Source: an uncultured Gaiellaceae bacterium (GTDB taxonomy: Bacteria; Actinomycetota; Thermoleophilia; Gaiellales; Gaiellaceae). From it: 64,000 nucleotides of DNA. Position numbers and translations under genes: made by a program. Position 1 is the stretch's first letter, and each line of letters opens with the position of its first letter. Below the pieces are notes generated by a model, which worked only from the letters and a program-made list of their open reading frames with translations, was not told where the DNA came from and made no database searches. The stretch lies in the NCBI GenBank assembly GCA_963822205.1, contig CAWGGO010000009.1, positions 40,314 through 104,313 on the forward strand, read 5' to 3'. Shown piece by piece: positions 1 to 9,796 of the stretch.

Positions 1-769
1 CCGTCACAGCCCAACCGCCGCCACCGGCCGTGGGATGCGACTCCGCGACGACGACGTCGCCGGCGGGATCGGCGAGCGTCAACCCGCCGCCGACGGCGAC
101 CTTGCCGGCCGGACATGCTGCCGAACCGGAGACGTCGAAATCGGACCCCGCGATGGCCACCGGAGCCGCCGTTACGATCTCGTAGCCCACGAGGCCACCG
201 TCGGCACCTGCCGCGCCCCGTCGGCCCGGCCGGACCCTGCGGCCCTGTCGGTCCAGTGGCTCCCGTGGCTCCTTGCGGCCCGACCGGGCCTTGAACGAGA
301 CCCGTGTCCACGAACGCTGCGCCGTCCCAGACGTGGAGATGGCCCGTCGACGTGACGATGTACGCGTCGCCCTCGTTCGCCGTTGCCGGCAGGTCGGCCG
401 CGGTGGCGACCGATCCGGTCACGTGCACGCCGGCTCCGGGGTCGCCCTTCGCGCCCTGCGGCCCCGTTGCACCCTGAGGACCCTGAGGACCCTGCGGACC
501 CGCAGCTCCCTGCGGCCCTGCAGCTCCCTGCGGCCCGACCGCCCCGGCCGGACCCGCGCACCGACAGGGCCGCGCACGCCCCGCAGCGACGCCAGCGTCG
601 CCGCACGGATATCGGCACGGGCGATCGTGCCGTTCTTGATGTCGCGGGACTCAATCGTCCCGTCCTTGATCTGCGCTCCCGTGATCAGCGCCTGCACGCC
701 TGCCGTCCCTGCAGCGGTGACCGCAAGGGCGGAGACAGCGCCTGCAACGAGAAGAACTGTGCGCTTCAT
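1..769 (-). CDS. Secreted collagen-like (Gly-X-Y repeat) protein; its C-terminus runs off the window start and the frame switches twice as assembled
   Basis: ORF 419..769(-) begins with a signal-peptide-like MKRTVLLVAGAVSALAVTAAG. Hand translation of the third minus frame (no start codon, so absent from the track) gives GPAGAVGPQGAAGPQGAAGPQGPQGPQGATGPQGAKGDPG at ~575..428. A non-collagen insert follows (HVTGSVATAADLPATANEGDAYIVTSTGHLHVWDGAAFVDTG), then a second tract GPVGPQGATGATGPTGPQGPAGPTG at ~290..215. The sequence then reads VGYEIVTAAPVAIAGSDFDVSGSAACPAGKVAVGGG to the edge. Confidence 0.6.
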
Positions 770-981
770 TTCGTGCTCCCTCCTCCACGCCGCCGTTTGG
801 GCGGGCGGTTCGTCCGGAGCGCGTCGAGGTACCTGAGGTAGCGCTGAATCTCCCTGATCAGCGCCTCCACGTCCGCCACGCGCCCTGATTTGTCCATGCG
901 GCGATCGTGCGCGGCGCCGCTCACACGGCTCTCATCGCGCGCTCACTTGGAAACCTTTGTTTTCGGTGTTACAACCAGGCA

Positions 982-3900
982 ATGGAAATTCGCCTCCTCG
1001 GCGTGCTCGAGGTGCGCGACGGCGAGCGGGTCGATTGCTCTGCCGCGCCGGCAACAGCGCGCGCTGCTGGCCGCGCTCGCGCTGCGCGCGGGCGAAGTCG
1101 TCTCGACCGACCGGCTCGTCGCCGATCTGTGGGGCGAGCGGGCGCCCGCCTCGGCGACCGGGTCGCTCCAGAACACCGTCGCGGCCCTCCGCAAGGCGCT
1201 CGGCCGCGACGTCGTGCTGACGCAGGCTCCGGGCTACCGGCTGGCGCTCGAGCCGGAAAGAGTCGACGCCCACCGCTTCGAACGGCTGCTGGCGGCCGCC
1301 CTCGGCGCGGACGCGGCCGCGCGGGCGCCGCTCCTGACCGAGGCGCTCGCCCTCTGGCGCGGTCCTGCGCTCGCCGATCTCGACGAGGAGGAGTTCGCGC
1401 GGCGCGAAGCGGCGCGGCTGGACGAGCTGCGCGTTGCAGCGCTCGAGGAGCGGATCGACGCCGAGCTCACGCTGGGCCGGCACGCGACGCTCGTCGGCGA
1501 GCTCGAGACGCTGGTCGCCGCGCACCCGCTCCGCGAGCGGTTGCGCGGCCAGCTGATGGTCACGCTCTATCGCTGCGGCCGGCAGGCCGAGGCGCTCGAG
1601 GTCTACCGGGCGGCGCGGCTCGCGCTCGCCGACGAGCTCGGCCTCGACCCGTCGCCGGAGCTGCAGGAGCTCGAGCGGAAGGTGCTGCGGCAGGATCCGG
1701 AGCTGGCCGCCCCGCCGGAGGTACGCGGGCGACGCGCCCACCCGCGAGGTCTCCGAGCTCCGACTCGTGACCGTTCTCGCAGCGACGCCGCCGGCCGCCG
1801 ACGACCCGGAGCAGTATCGCCGGCGGCTCGACGAGGCGCTCGCGTCGGTGCGGGACGTGCTCGAGCGTCACGGCGGCGTACTCGAGCGATTCGGCCCGGA
1901 AGGGCTCGTCGCCGTCTTCGGCGCGGAGGCGCCGGCGGACGACGACGCCGTGCGCGCTGTGCTGGCTGCCCGCGAGCTGGGCCTGCCGGCCGGGGTCGCC
2001 ACCGGCGAGGTCGTCCAGGGAGCCGGAGCCGTCGTCACCCGCGCCGTCGAGCTCGCCCGCGTGGGCGGGATCAGGCTCGACGAGCGAACGGCCGCGCTCG
2101 TCCGCGCCGAGCGGCGCCTGGACGCGCCGCTCGTGGGCCGCGACGAGGAGTTGGCGCGCCTCCGCGCCGCGCTCGCGGCAGCGCGTGAGGCCGGCCGCTG
2201 CCACGTCGTCACCGTCGTCGGCGAGCCCGGGATCGGCAAGACGCGCCTCGCCCGCGAGCTCGCGCTCCGCGAGGGCGGGCAGACGACGGTGCTCGTCGCA
2301 CGCTGCCTCGCGCACGGCGACGGCGCCACGTTCCTGCCTCTGCTGGGAGCGCTGCGCCGGGCCGAGCCGGAGCAGGCCCTCGCGGGAGAGCCGGACGCCG
2401 ACCTCGTGCTCGCTCGGCTGGGCGCGCTGGCCGAAGGCGCGCAGACGGCGCCGCTCGGGGAGTCGTACTGGGCGGTCCGCCGGCTGCTCGAGGCCCTCGC
2501 CGGAACGCAGCCCGTCCTGCTCGTGCTCGACGACGTCCACTGGGCGGAGGCGGCGCTCGTCGACCTGATCGACTACCTGGCCGACCGCGCCGACGCGCCG
2601 CTGCTCGTGCTCTGCCTCGCCCGCCCGGAGCTGGAGCGGACGCTGGGCGAGACGCTCGCGCTGGGCCCGCTGGGTGAGGACGAGGCGCGCGCGATCGTCG
2701 CCGGCACCGCGGAGGTGGACGACGAGACACGCGAGCGGATCGTCGAGCTCGCCGAGGGGAACGCGCTCTACGTCGAGCAGCTCGCGTCGTTCGCGGCCGA
2801 AGGCGGCGAAGGGCTGCCGCCCACGCTCGAGCCGTGCTCGCAGGCCGCCTCGGCCGCCTTGCACCGGCGGAACGGGCTGTGCTCCAGCGAGCCGCAGTGG
2901 TCGGACGCGAGTTCTCGCTCGGCGCCGTCGCCGCGCTGACGGCGGCGAGGTCGCCCGCGACCTGCTCGCGCTCTCGCGCGCCGGCTTCGTCCACCCCGCC
3001 GCGGCGGCCGACCCGGGCGACGACGGCTACACCTTCCACCACGTCCTGCTCCGCGACGCCGCCTACGCGAGCCTGACGAAGACCGACCGCGCCGACCTGC
3101 ACGAGCGCGTGGCCGCGTGGCTCGACCGCGACGGCCCGGGAGACGACGCGCTCGTCGGCTATCACCTGGAGCAGGCGGCGGAGTTGAGCGGACGTCCCGA
3201 GCCTCACGGTGGCTGCCGGCGACCGGCTCGGGTTGGCGGCGATGCGCGCCTGGCGGCAGAACGACACGTCGGCGGCGATCGCGCTGCTCGAGCGCTCGAT
3301 CGCGCTCCTGCCGGCGGGCCAGCGGCGTGCAGAGCTCCTCTGGGAGCTGGCGGTCGCCCTCCGGCTGGCGCGGGCGACCGGTCGAAGGCGACGTGGCGCT
3401 CACCCGCGCCGAAAGCGACGCCGCCGATACGAGTGCCGGACCGATCGCGTCCCGGGTGGCAATCGAGCGCGCGCGCGTGGCGTTACTGGCGGGAGAGATC
3501 GAGCTCGCGGATGCCGCCGAGGCGACGGTCTCGGCGATCGACGAACTGGAGCGCGCCCGCGACTGGCGCGGACTCGGCCGTGCTCAACTCGGTCTGGCGT
3601 CGATTCATGCCGTCGCTTGTGACTTCCGCTCCCAGGAGACAGCAGCAGCTCTGGCTGTGGCCCATTACGCCGACGCAGGCTTTTCACCGGCGGCGGCCTA
3701 CGCCTCTCAGGCGTCCGCGCTCTACTACGGTCCGCTCCCGGTCGCGGCGGCGGTGCGCCGGTGTACCGAACTGCTCGAGTCCTCGCCCGACCGGATGACG
3801 GAGGCGAACATGACGGCGGTGCTTGGCGCACTCCACGGTCTTCGCGGCGAGGTCGCACAAGCGCGGGCATTGCTCGACCGGGCGCGGTCGGCCTACGACG

Positions 3901-4437
3901 ACCTCGGTCATCGCTCGGTGCTGGAGACGATCCTCGCCCCACTCGCCGTCGACGTCGAGCGCCTATGGCAGGAAGTACCGAGGAGGCCGCTCGCGATCTG
4001 CCGCGCGAGCTTCGAGGCCCTCGCCGTCACCGGCGACCGGGCGTTCGCCAGCACCCGCGCCATTCATCTCGCCGAGCTGCTGCTCGATCTCGGTCGCGCT
4101 GAGGAAGCCGAGCACTTTGTCCGAATCGCCGAGCAGCAGGTCATTCGCTCGGACGTCCTCGTCCAGTTCCTCCGGCGGTCGCAGCGTGCGCGGCTGTTAT
4201 CGCGCGAGGGACGGCACGACGACGCCGAGAGCCTCGCGCGCGAAGCCGTCGCGATCTCGTCCCTGACAGACGCGCTCCTCGACCGCACTCGGACACACAC
4301 GGCCCTCGCCGGAGGTGCTCGCCGCCGCGGGTGCTCGGGCCGCGGCGAAGCGAGAGACGGCCGAGGTGGCGCGCTTGTTCGCCGAGAAGGGCCTCAACGC
4401 GAAAGAGAGCCTCTCGGGCTCCCTTTCGCTCACCTGA
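982..4437 (+). CDS. Large SARP/BTAD-family regulator: winged-helix + BTAD + degenerate cyclase-homology domain + AAA/NB-ARC-type ATPase + TPR region; several frame switches
   Basis: The gene starts MEIRLLGVLEVRDGERV. The BTAD region reads LWRGPALADLDEEEFARREAARLDELRVAALEERIDAELTLGRHATLVGELETLVAAHPLRERLRGQLMVTLYRCGRQAEALEVYRAARLALADELGLDPSPELQELERKVL. The cyclase-like part reads ELRLVTVLAATPP..GLVAVFG. A Walker A motif (VVGEPGIGKT) and Walker B-like LLVLDDVHWA are present. The C-terminal helical repeats are TPR-like. The pieces lie in frames of ORFs 907, 890, 1767, 2674/2834 and 3117, and the restored end is ..LFAEKGLNAKESLSGSLSLT*. Confidence 0.7.
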
Positions 4438-4577
4438 CTCAGCCGCCTCCGCCGCCGCCGTCATTGGGCATGTGCCGCTTCCGCATGGCGCACCTCCTTT
4501 CGTGCGCCCACGGTCGAGCGGAGCCCAAACGGCCCGGTCACGGCCCCCTAACGGGCCGCTAACGGCGGTGGGGAGGG

Positions 4578-6122
4578 CTACGCGGAGTGGACGTACGTGC
4601 GCTTGAGGCGCACGTCGTGGCCGTCGAACGGCCCGGTCGCCCGCGGCGTGGAACTCGAGCGTCGGCTCGAAGCCCGACGGGATGAAACGCGCCGCCTCGC
4701 GGTAGTCCTGGTTGACCTCGGCCAGGCGGGCGAGGCAGCGAGCTGCGCGACGCGCTCGGCGTCCGCCGGCGCTCTCGCCGCCGGCGCGCGAGCTCGAACG
4801 GCGATCGGCAAGCGTCTTGTTCGCCTCCTCGTCCTCGCCGGCGAGGAGCGCGAACGAGCGCGACGCGCTCGCGCGAGCTCGGGCAGCGAGTAGGAGCGCC
4901 TCCTCGACGTCCGGCGGGAGCGATATTCGCGCCGTAGAAGGCAACGCGTCGAGTCGGAGCGGCCGTAGTGGAAGAGCAGCGGAAGGTCGAGGTGCCGCTC
5001 GGCCGCGAGGTCGGACGGTCGCAGCCGAGCCGCGCGAGCAGCGCGCTCGACCTCGCGGAAGCGGACGACGCGAGCCGAGATCGTGCAGGTTGTAGCGGAT
5101 CTTCGGCGCGGTCGTCCCGGCGCGGCAGACGGTGATGACGAGCTCGCCGGCCGTCGTTCGTCTCGATGAGGTAGTCGAGCGGGTTGTACTGGAACACCAT
5201 CGGCAGCGACGGCGTGGCGCGGGCAGCTCGAGCGCGCGCCCGAGCTCCGGGCCGCTCTGCGAGCAGGCGGCGAAGACGCGATCGTGAAGTCGTTCTCGGC
5301 GGCGATGTTGATCTCGAGGTCGGCTCGCGCCGAAGGAGCTGTAGACGCGGTCGGAACGACCGTAGCAGGTAGCTCGCGCAGCGCCTCGCTCATCCCCTCG
5401 CCGCCGACCGACTGCGACGCACTCGTAGCCCGCTCCAGTCGACGTCGGCCGTGTCGACCAGCGTCTTCAGGAAGGGCGGGTAGCCGCAGACGAGGTAGCG
5501 GTAGCGCGGCCCGAAGAGCCGCAGCGTCTTCTCGATCTTCCCGATGTCGGGCCCCGTCGACTTCAGGATCGCGATGTCGACCGACGACATCGAGACGTTC
5601 ATCCCCGTCGCCCACGGCCCGAGCGCGAAGGCGTTGATCACGAAGAGCGCCGTCGTGGCCGAACATCTTGTGGAGCCCCAGCTGGAGAAGCTGGCGGCCG
5701 TCCGCGCGCTCTTCGGAGCCGCGTACCCAGTTGCTCGGCTCGCCGCTCGTGCCCGAGGACTCGTCGACGACGACGCCGCGCAACGGGATCCGGCCGCCGC
5801 GGCACCGCTCCTCGACCGACCAGCGCTTGACGTAGTTCTCCTTGTCCGTGATCGGGATCGCGGAGAAGTCGGGCGCGAAGACCGTGCAGGACGCACCTCG
5901 CCGCCGCCGTGCTCGTTCGAGGAAGGCGCGGTACGCGGGCACGTGCTTGCGCGCCTGCTCGAAGGCGAGCCAAGCGCGCCAGCTCCCGGTGCGCCTGAGC
6001 ACCGGCTCGAGCCCCGGCCGCAGCAGATGCTCGCCGCGCGGGATCCGCAGTGCGAGCCAGCGCACCGGCCGGGCCGCGCGGAGGAAGCCGAAGATGAGCG
6101 TGCGCCGAACCGGATACGTCAC
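4578..6122 (-). CDS. Phenylacetate-CoA ligase-like / coenzyme F390 synthetase-like adenylate-forming enzyme (frame-disrupted as assembled)
   Basis: The GTG start overlaps the restored nitroreductase stop (GTGA). Segments include HVPAYRAFLE..FSAIPITDKENYVKRWSVEERC..VVDESSGTSGEPSNWVRG, then FVINAFALGPWATGMNVSMSSVDIAILKSTGPDIGKIEKTLRLFGPRYRYLVCGYPPFLKTLVD, then MVFQYNPLDYLIETNDG and FDGHDVRLKRTYVHSA*. These are spread over three minus frames. Confidence 0.6.
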   Translation of the reverse strand: MTYPVRRTLIFGFLRAARPVRWLALRIPRGEHLLRPGLEPVLRRTGSWRAWLAFEQARKHVPAYRAFLERARRRRGASCTVFAPDFSAIPITDKENYVKRWSVEERCRGGRIPLRGVVVDESSGTSGEPSNWVRGSEERADGRQLLQLGLHKMFGHDGALRDQRLRARAVGDGDERLDVVGRHRDPEVDGARHREDREDAAALRAALPLPRLRLPALPEDAGRHGRRRLERATSASQSVGGEGMSEALRELPATVVPTASTAPSARADLEINIAAENDFTIASSPPARRAARSSGARSSCPRHAVAADGVPVQPARLPHRDERRPASSSSPSAAPGRPRRRSATTCTISARVVRFREVERAARAARLRPSDLAAERHLDLPLLFHYGRSDSTRCLLRREYRSRRTSRRRSYSLPELARARRARSRSSPARTRRRTRRLPIAVRARAPAARAPADAERVAQLAASPAWPRSTRTTARRRVSSRRASSRRSSSTPRATGPFDGHDVRLKRTYVHSA

Positions 6123-7118
6123 ACGATCACCTCCGCGGCGGGCCGGCGGGCGCTCCGGGGCGGCTCCGCACAGAACCCGAGCCGCAGTAGCAACCAGATC
6201 TCGCCGGCATCCTCGTCGGTGCCCGAGCCGCTCGACCAGCCGTGCATGCGAGACCGGATTCGTGATCACGGAGCCGAACGGGTGCAGGTAGAGGCCGTGC
6301 GACGTCAGGGCGAGCCAGAGCCGCATCAGCATCCGCCCGGCGTCGAGCTGCTCAGCGGGCGTCGACCAGGGCCCGGCGATCCAGCCGACGGTCGCGGCGC
6401 CGCCCGTCCCGCGGAGGTAGAGGCGGCGCAGGAGCGCGCGCACCGGCGCCGGCTCGCACAGGCGGTGGTAGCGGAAGAGCAGCCGGACGAGCGGCCCAGC
6501 GAAGCCCAGGCAGGTCGGCGAGAAGCCGTCGCCGGCACGCTCCGCTACGCGGTCGGAGAAGTGCGTCCACTGGCCGATCTCCGCACGGCGGTCGTCCTCG
6601 CGGAGGTCCTCGAAGAGCGTGTCGGCGTTCAGCCCGACGATCCAGTCGACGAGCTCCGGGTCGGAGGTGAACCGCGCCTCGTGCCCGAACGCGCGGGCGA
6701 TCTCGGCGAGCTCGGCGAGCGCCGCGTCGGGCGCAGGCTTGCCGTCGTAGCGGCCGCGCGCCGTGCGCCGCCGGTGCAGCAACTCGACCGCCGGAGCCGG
6801 CTCCTCGCCGCGCGGCTCCAGGCGCATCCGGGCAGCCAGGGACGGCTCGGCCGCGTGCACCCCGAGCTGCGGATAGAGCGGCTCGTACCGAAGCGCCAGT
6901 CCGCGCGCGGCTGCGGCGACGTCGAGCGCCTCGAGGAAGATGCCGACGCCCGCCGTGAGGAACCGGCCCTCGGGGTCCTCGACGGGGAGCAGCCGCTCCA
7001 CGGGCACCTCGAGATCGGCTTCGTCGTCCGAGCGCGGCCGCACGCGCCAGGGTTGCGTGTTGTGCGGGGACGGCGCGAAGCGCGCATCCTCCACGAGCTT
7101 GGTCCAGACCGCGGTCAC
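6119..7118 (-). CDS. Nitroreductase-fold protein (Acg-like, two-lobed nitroreductase family)
   Basis: The N-terminus reads MTAVWTKLVEDARFAPSPHNTQPWRV, and a later segment reads RRTARGRYDGKPAP..LTSHGLYLHPFGSVITNP. As assembled it runs on into the next gene as an 846-aa ORF. Removing one base near 6225 gives ..LGTDEDAGEIWLLLRLGFCAEPPRSARRPAAEVIV* and a GTGA stop/start overlap. Confidence 0.7.
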
Positions 7119-7140
7119 AAAGCGCTCTGCGCGGGTGGAG

Positions 7141-8724
7141 CTACACGCGCGGGCCGCCGGCGACGATGTTGTCGTCGGCGTCGAACTTGGTGAAGTTGTC
7201 GCGGAACATCGCCGCGAGCTCGTGAGCCTTCGCGTCGTACGCCTCGGGGTCGCGCCACGTGGAGCGGGGGTCGAGCAGCTTCGAGTCGACGTCGGGCACC
7301 TCGACCGGCACCTCGAAGCCGAAGAGCTCGTCCGTCCGGTACTGGACGCCCTCGAGCTCGCCCGAGATCGCGGCGCGCAGCAGCGCTCGCGTCGCCTGGA
7401 TCGGCATCCGCTCGCCCTCGCCGTACATGCCGCCGGTCCAGCCCGTGTTCACGAGCCAGACCTTCGCGCCGTGCTCGTCGAGCCTCTTCGCGAGCAGCCG
7501 CGCGTAGACGACCGGGTGCTGCGGCAGGAACGGCGCGCCGAAGCACGCGGAGAAGGTCGGCTGCGGCTCCTTGACGCCGATCTCGGTGCCGGCGAGCTTC
7601 GCCGTGAAGCCGGAGAGGAACCAGTACATCGCCTGGTCGCGCGTCAGGCGCGCGATCGGCGGCAGGATCCCGAAGGCGTCGGCGGTCAGGAAGAGCACCG
7701 ACTGCGGGTGACCCGCGCGCTTCGCCGGCAGCGCGTTCGCGATCTGCTCGAGCTTGTAGGCGGCACGCGTGTTCTCGGTCTTCGAGCCGTCGTTGAGATC
7801 GACGACGCCGCGCTCGTCGAGGACGACGTTCTCGAGGATCGTCCCGAACGTGCGCGTCATCCGGTAGATCTCGGGCTCGGCCACGGCGGAGAGGTTGATC
7901 ACCTTCGCGTAGCAACCACCCTCGAAGTTGAAGACGCCGTCGGGGCCCCAGCCGTGCTCGTCGTCGCCGATCAGCGAGCGCTCGGGATCGGCCGACAGCG
8001 TCGTCTTGCCGGTGCCGGAGAGCCCGAAGAAGATGGCGACGTCGCCCTCGCCGCCGACGTTCGCCGAGCAGTGCATCGGGAAGACGCCCGCCAGCGGCAG
8101 GCGATCGTTCATCAGCGTGAAGATCGACTTCTTGATCTCGCCCGCGTAGAAGGTGCCGCCGATCAGCACTTCCTGCTGCGACGGATGCAGCACGACGAAG
8201 GTGCCGGTGCGCGTCCCGTCCGCCTCAGGATCGGCCTCGAGCCCGGGCGCGTGCAGGACGAGTGCCTGCGGCTCGAAGACGCGGAGCTCGTCTTCGGTCG
8301 GGTCGATGAACATCGTGCGGGCGAAGAGCGCGTGGTAGGGGTAGTTCGTGACGACGCGGACGGCGATCCGCTGCTTGGGGTCGGCGCCCGCGAACGCATC
8401 GACGACGTAGATGTCGCTGTCGCCGATGTGCGCGACGACCTTCTCGCGCAGCCCGTCGAAGTGCTCCTCCGAGATCTCCGCGTTGACCTCGCCCCACCAG
8501 ATCCGGTCCTCGGAGCCCGGCTCGCGGACGACGAACTTGTCCTTCGGCGAGCGGCCGGTGTGCTTGCCCGTGTCGACGGCGAGCGGGCCGCCTTCGGCGA
8601 GCCGGCCCTCGTGCCGCTCGAACGCGTGCATGTAGAGCTGCGAGGTGCTCGGGTTCCAGTGGACGGCGCCCTCGGTCTCGATCCCGTGGACGCCAAGACC
8701 CGTGCGTGACTCCGTCGTCGCCAT
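7141..8724 (-). CDS. pckA: Phosphoenolpyruvate carboxykinase (ATP)
   Basis: This is an intact 527-aa ORF. Hallmarks are GRSPKDKF, the kinase-1a motif FFGLSGTGKTTLS, and IGDDEHGW..GGCYAK. Confidence 0.95.
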   Translation of the reverse strand: MATTESRTGLGVHGIETEGAVHWNPSTSQLYMHAFERHEGRLAEGGPLAVDTGKHTGRSPKDKFVVREPGSEDRIWWGEVNAEISEEHFDGLREKVVAHIGDSDIYVVDAFAGADPKQRIAVRVVTNYPYHALFARTMFIDPTEDELRVFEPQALVLHAPGLEADPEADGTRTGTFVVLHPSQQEVLIGGTFYAGEIKKSIFTLMNDRLPLAGVFPMHCSANVGGEGDVAIFFGLSGTGKTTLSADPERSLIGDDEHGWGPDGVFNFEGGCYAKVINLSAVAEPEIYRMTRTFGTILENVVLDERGVVDLNDGSKTENTRAAYKLEQIANALPAKRAGHPQSVLFLTADAFGILPPIARLTRDQAMYWFLSGFTAKLAGTEIGVKEPQPTFSACFGAPFLPQHPVVYARLLAKRLDEHGAKVWLVNTGWTGGMYGEGERMPIQATRALLRAAISGELEGVQYRTDELFGFEVPVEVPDVDSKLLDPRSTWRDPEAYDAKAHELAAMFRDNFTKFDADDNIVAGGPRV

Positions 8725-8767
8725 GCGCGGGGCATCTTACGGGCGACGGCGAGCTATCGTCGGAAAC

Positions 8768-9796
8768 GTGCAGCGCGCCCGCGACCTCGGAATCGAGATC
8801 GGCCGTCTCCCATCCGGCCCGGCGAACGCGATCACGGACGTCGAGGGGATCCGGGTCGGCCACACGACGCTGATCGAAGGCGACAGCATCCGGACGGGAG
8901 TCACCGTCGTCCTGCCGCCGTCCGAGTCGCTCTTCGCCGGCGCGCACCGGATCAACGGCAACGGTGAGCTGACCGGGCTCGAATGGATCCGCGACTCCGG
9001 GTTGCTGACGACGCCGATCGGGCTCACGAACACGCACTCCGTCGGCGTCGTCCGCGATGCGCTCGTCGCCGCGGCCCAGCACGGCGAGGGAGTCGGCCAG
9101 TGGAGCCTGCCGGTCGTCGGCGAGACCTGGGACGGCTTCCTCAACGACATCAACGGCTTCCACGTCAAGCCCGAGCACGTGGCGTCGGCGCTCGCCGGCG
9201 CCGGCGGCGGCGCGGTCGAGGAGGGCGCTGTCGGAGGCGGCACCGGCATGGTCTGCCACGGCTTCAAGGGCGGGATCGGGACAGCCTCGCGCGTCGTCGA
9301 GGACGGCTGGATCGTGGGCGTGCTCGTGCAGGCGAACCACGGCCGCCGCACACGGCTGCGCGTGAACGGCGTCCCCGTCGGCGAGCGGATCGGCCCCGAA
9401 TCGGTACCGCTACCCGCAAGCGGGGTCGACGAGGGTGCCGGCTCGATCATCGTCCTGATCGCCACTGACGCGCCGCTCCTCCCCGGCCAGTGCGAGCGGC
9501 TTGCGCGGAGGGCCGCATACGGGATCGCGCGAACGGGCGGGATGGGCGAGCGCTCGAGTGGGGACTTCGCGCTCTGCTTCGCGACCGGGAACCGCAACCT
9601 CGACGCCGACGAAGGGGAGCTGCCGCTGCGGATGTTGAACGACACCCGGATCGACCCGCTCTACGAGGCCGTGATCGACGCGGTCGAGGAATCGATTCTG
9701 AACGCGATGCTGGCGGCGGAGACGATGACCGGCCGCGACGGCAACACCGTTCACGCGCTCCCGCACGAGCTTCTGCTCGGCGCGCTCAGCCGCTGA
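8768..9796 (+). CDS. DmpA/peptidase S58 (P1) family aminopeptidase
   Basis: Segments include NAITDVEGIRVGHTTL..TGVTVVLPP, GGGTGMVCHGFKGGIGTASR and GSIIVLIATDAPL. The GTG at 8768 was chosen as the start because the upstream part of the ORF overlaps the pckA start. Confidence 0.8.
   Translation: MQRARDLGIEIGRLPSGPANAITDVEGIRVGHTTLIEGDSIRTGVTVVLPPSESLFAGAHRINGNGELTGLEWIRDSGLLTTPIGLTNTHSVGVVRDALVAAAQHGEGVGQWSLPVVGETWDGFLNDINGFHVKPEHVASALAGAGGGAVEEGAVGGGTGMVCHGFKGGIGTASRVVEDGWIVGVLVQANHGRRTRLRVNGVPVGERIGPESVPLPASGVDEGAGSIIVLIATDAPLLPGQCERLARRAAYGIARTGGMGERSSGDFALCFATGNRNLDADEGELPLRMLNDTRIDPLYEAVIDAVEESILNAMLAAETMTGRDGNTVHALPHELLLGALSR

Noticed and set aside
1560-2864. Long Arg/Ala/Gly/Pro-rich alternative-frame or antisense ORFs. 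Examples: 1560..2864(-), 2209..3267(-), 6940..8709(+), 9861..11939(+), 12086..13687(+), 13120..14592(-), 24409..26382(-), 28948..31092(+), 30509..32257(-), 42623..44185(+), 46515..47864(-), 57843..59441(+)
   Set aside because: Each overlaps a gene with clear family motifs on the other strand or in another frame. They have extreme Arg/Pro/Ala composition and no recognisable motifs. Such ORFs are expected by chance at ~70% G+C, where stop codons are rare.
4578-7118. An 846-aa single protein (nitroreductase fused to an adenylating enzyme)
   Set aside because: Removing one base near 6225 restores a family-typical nitroreductase C-terminus and a GTGA stop/start overlap. Downstream the ORF frame also degenerates into Arg-rich nonsense while the real ligase sequence continues in other frames.
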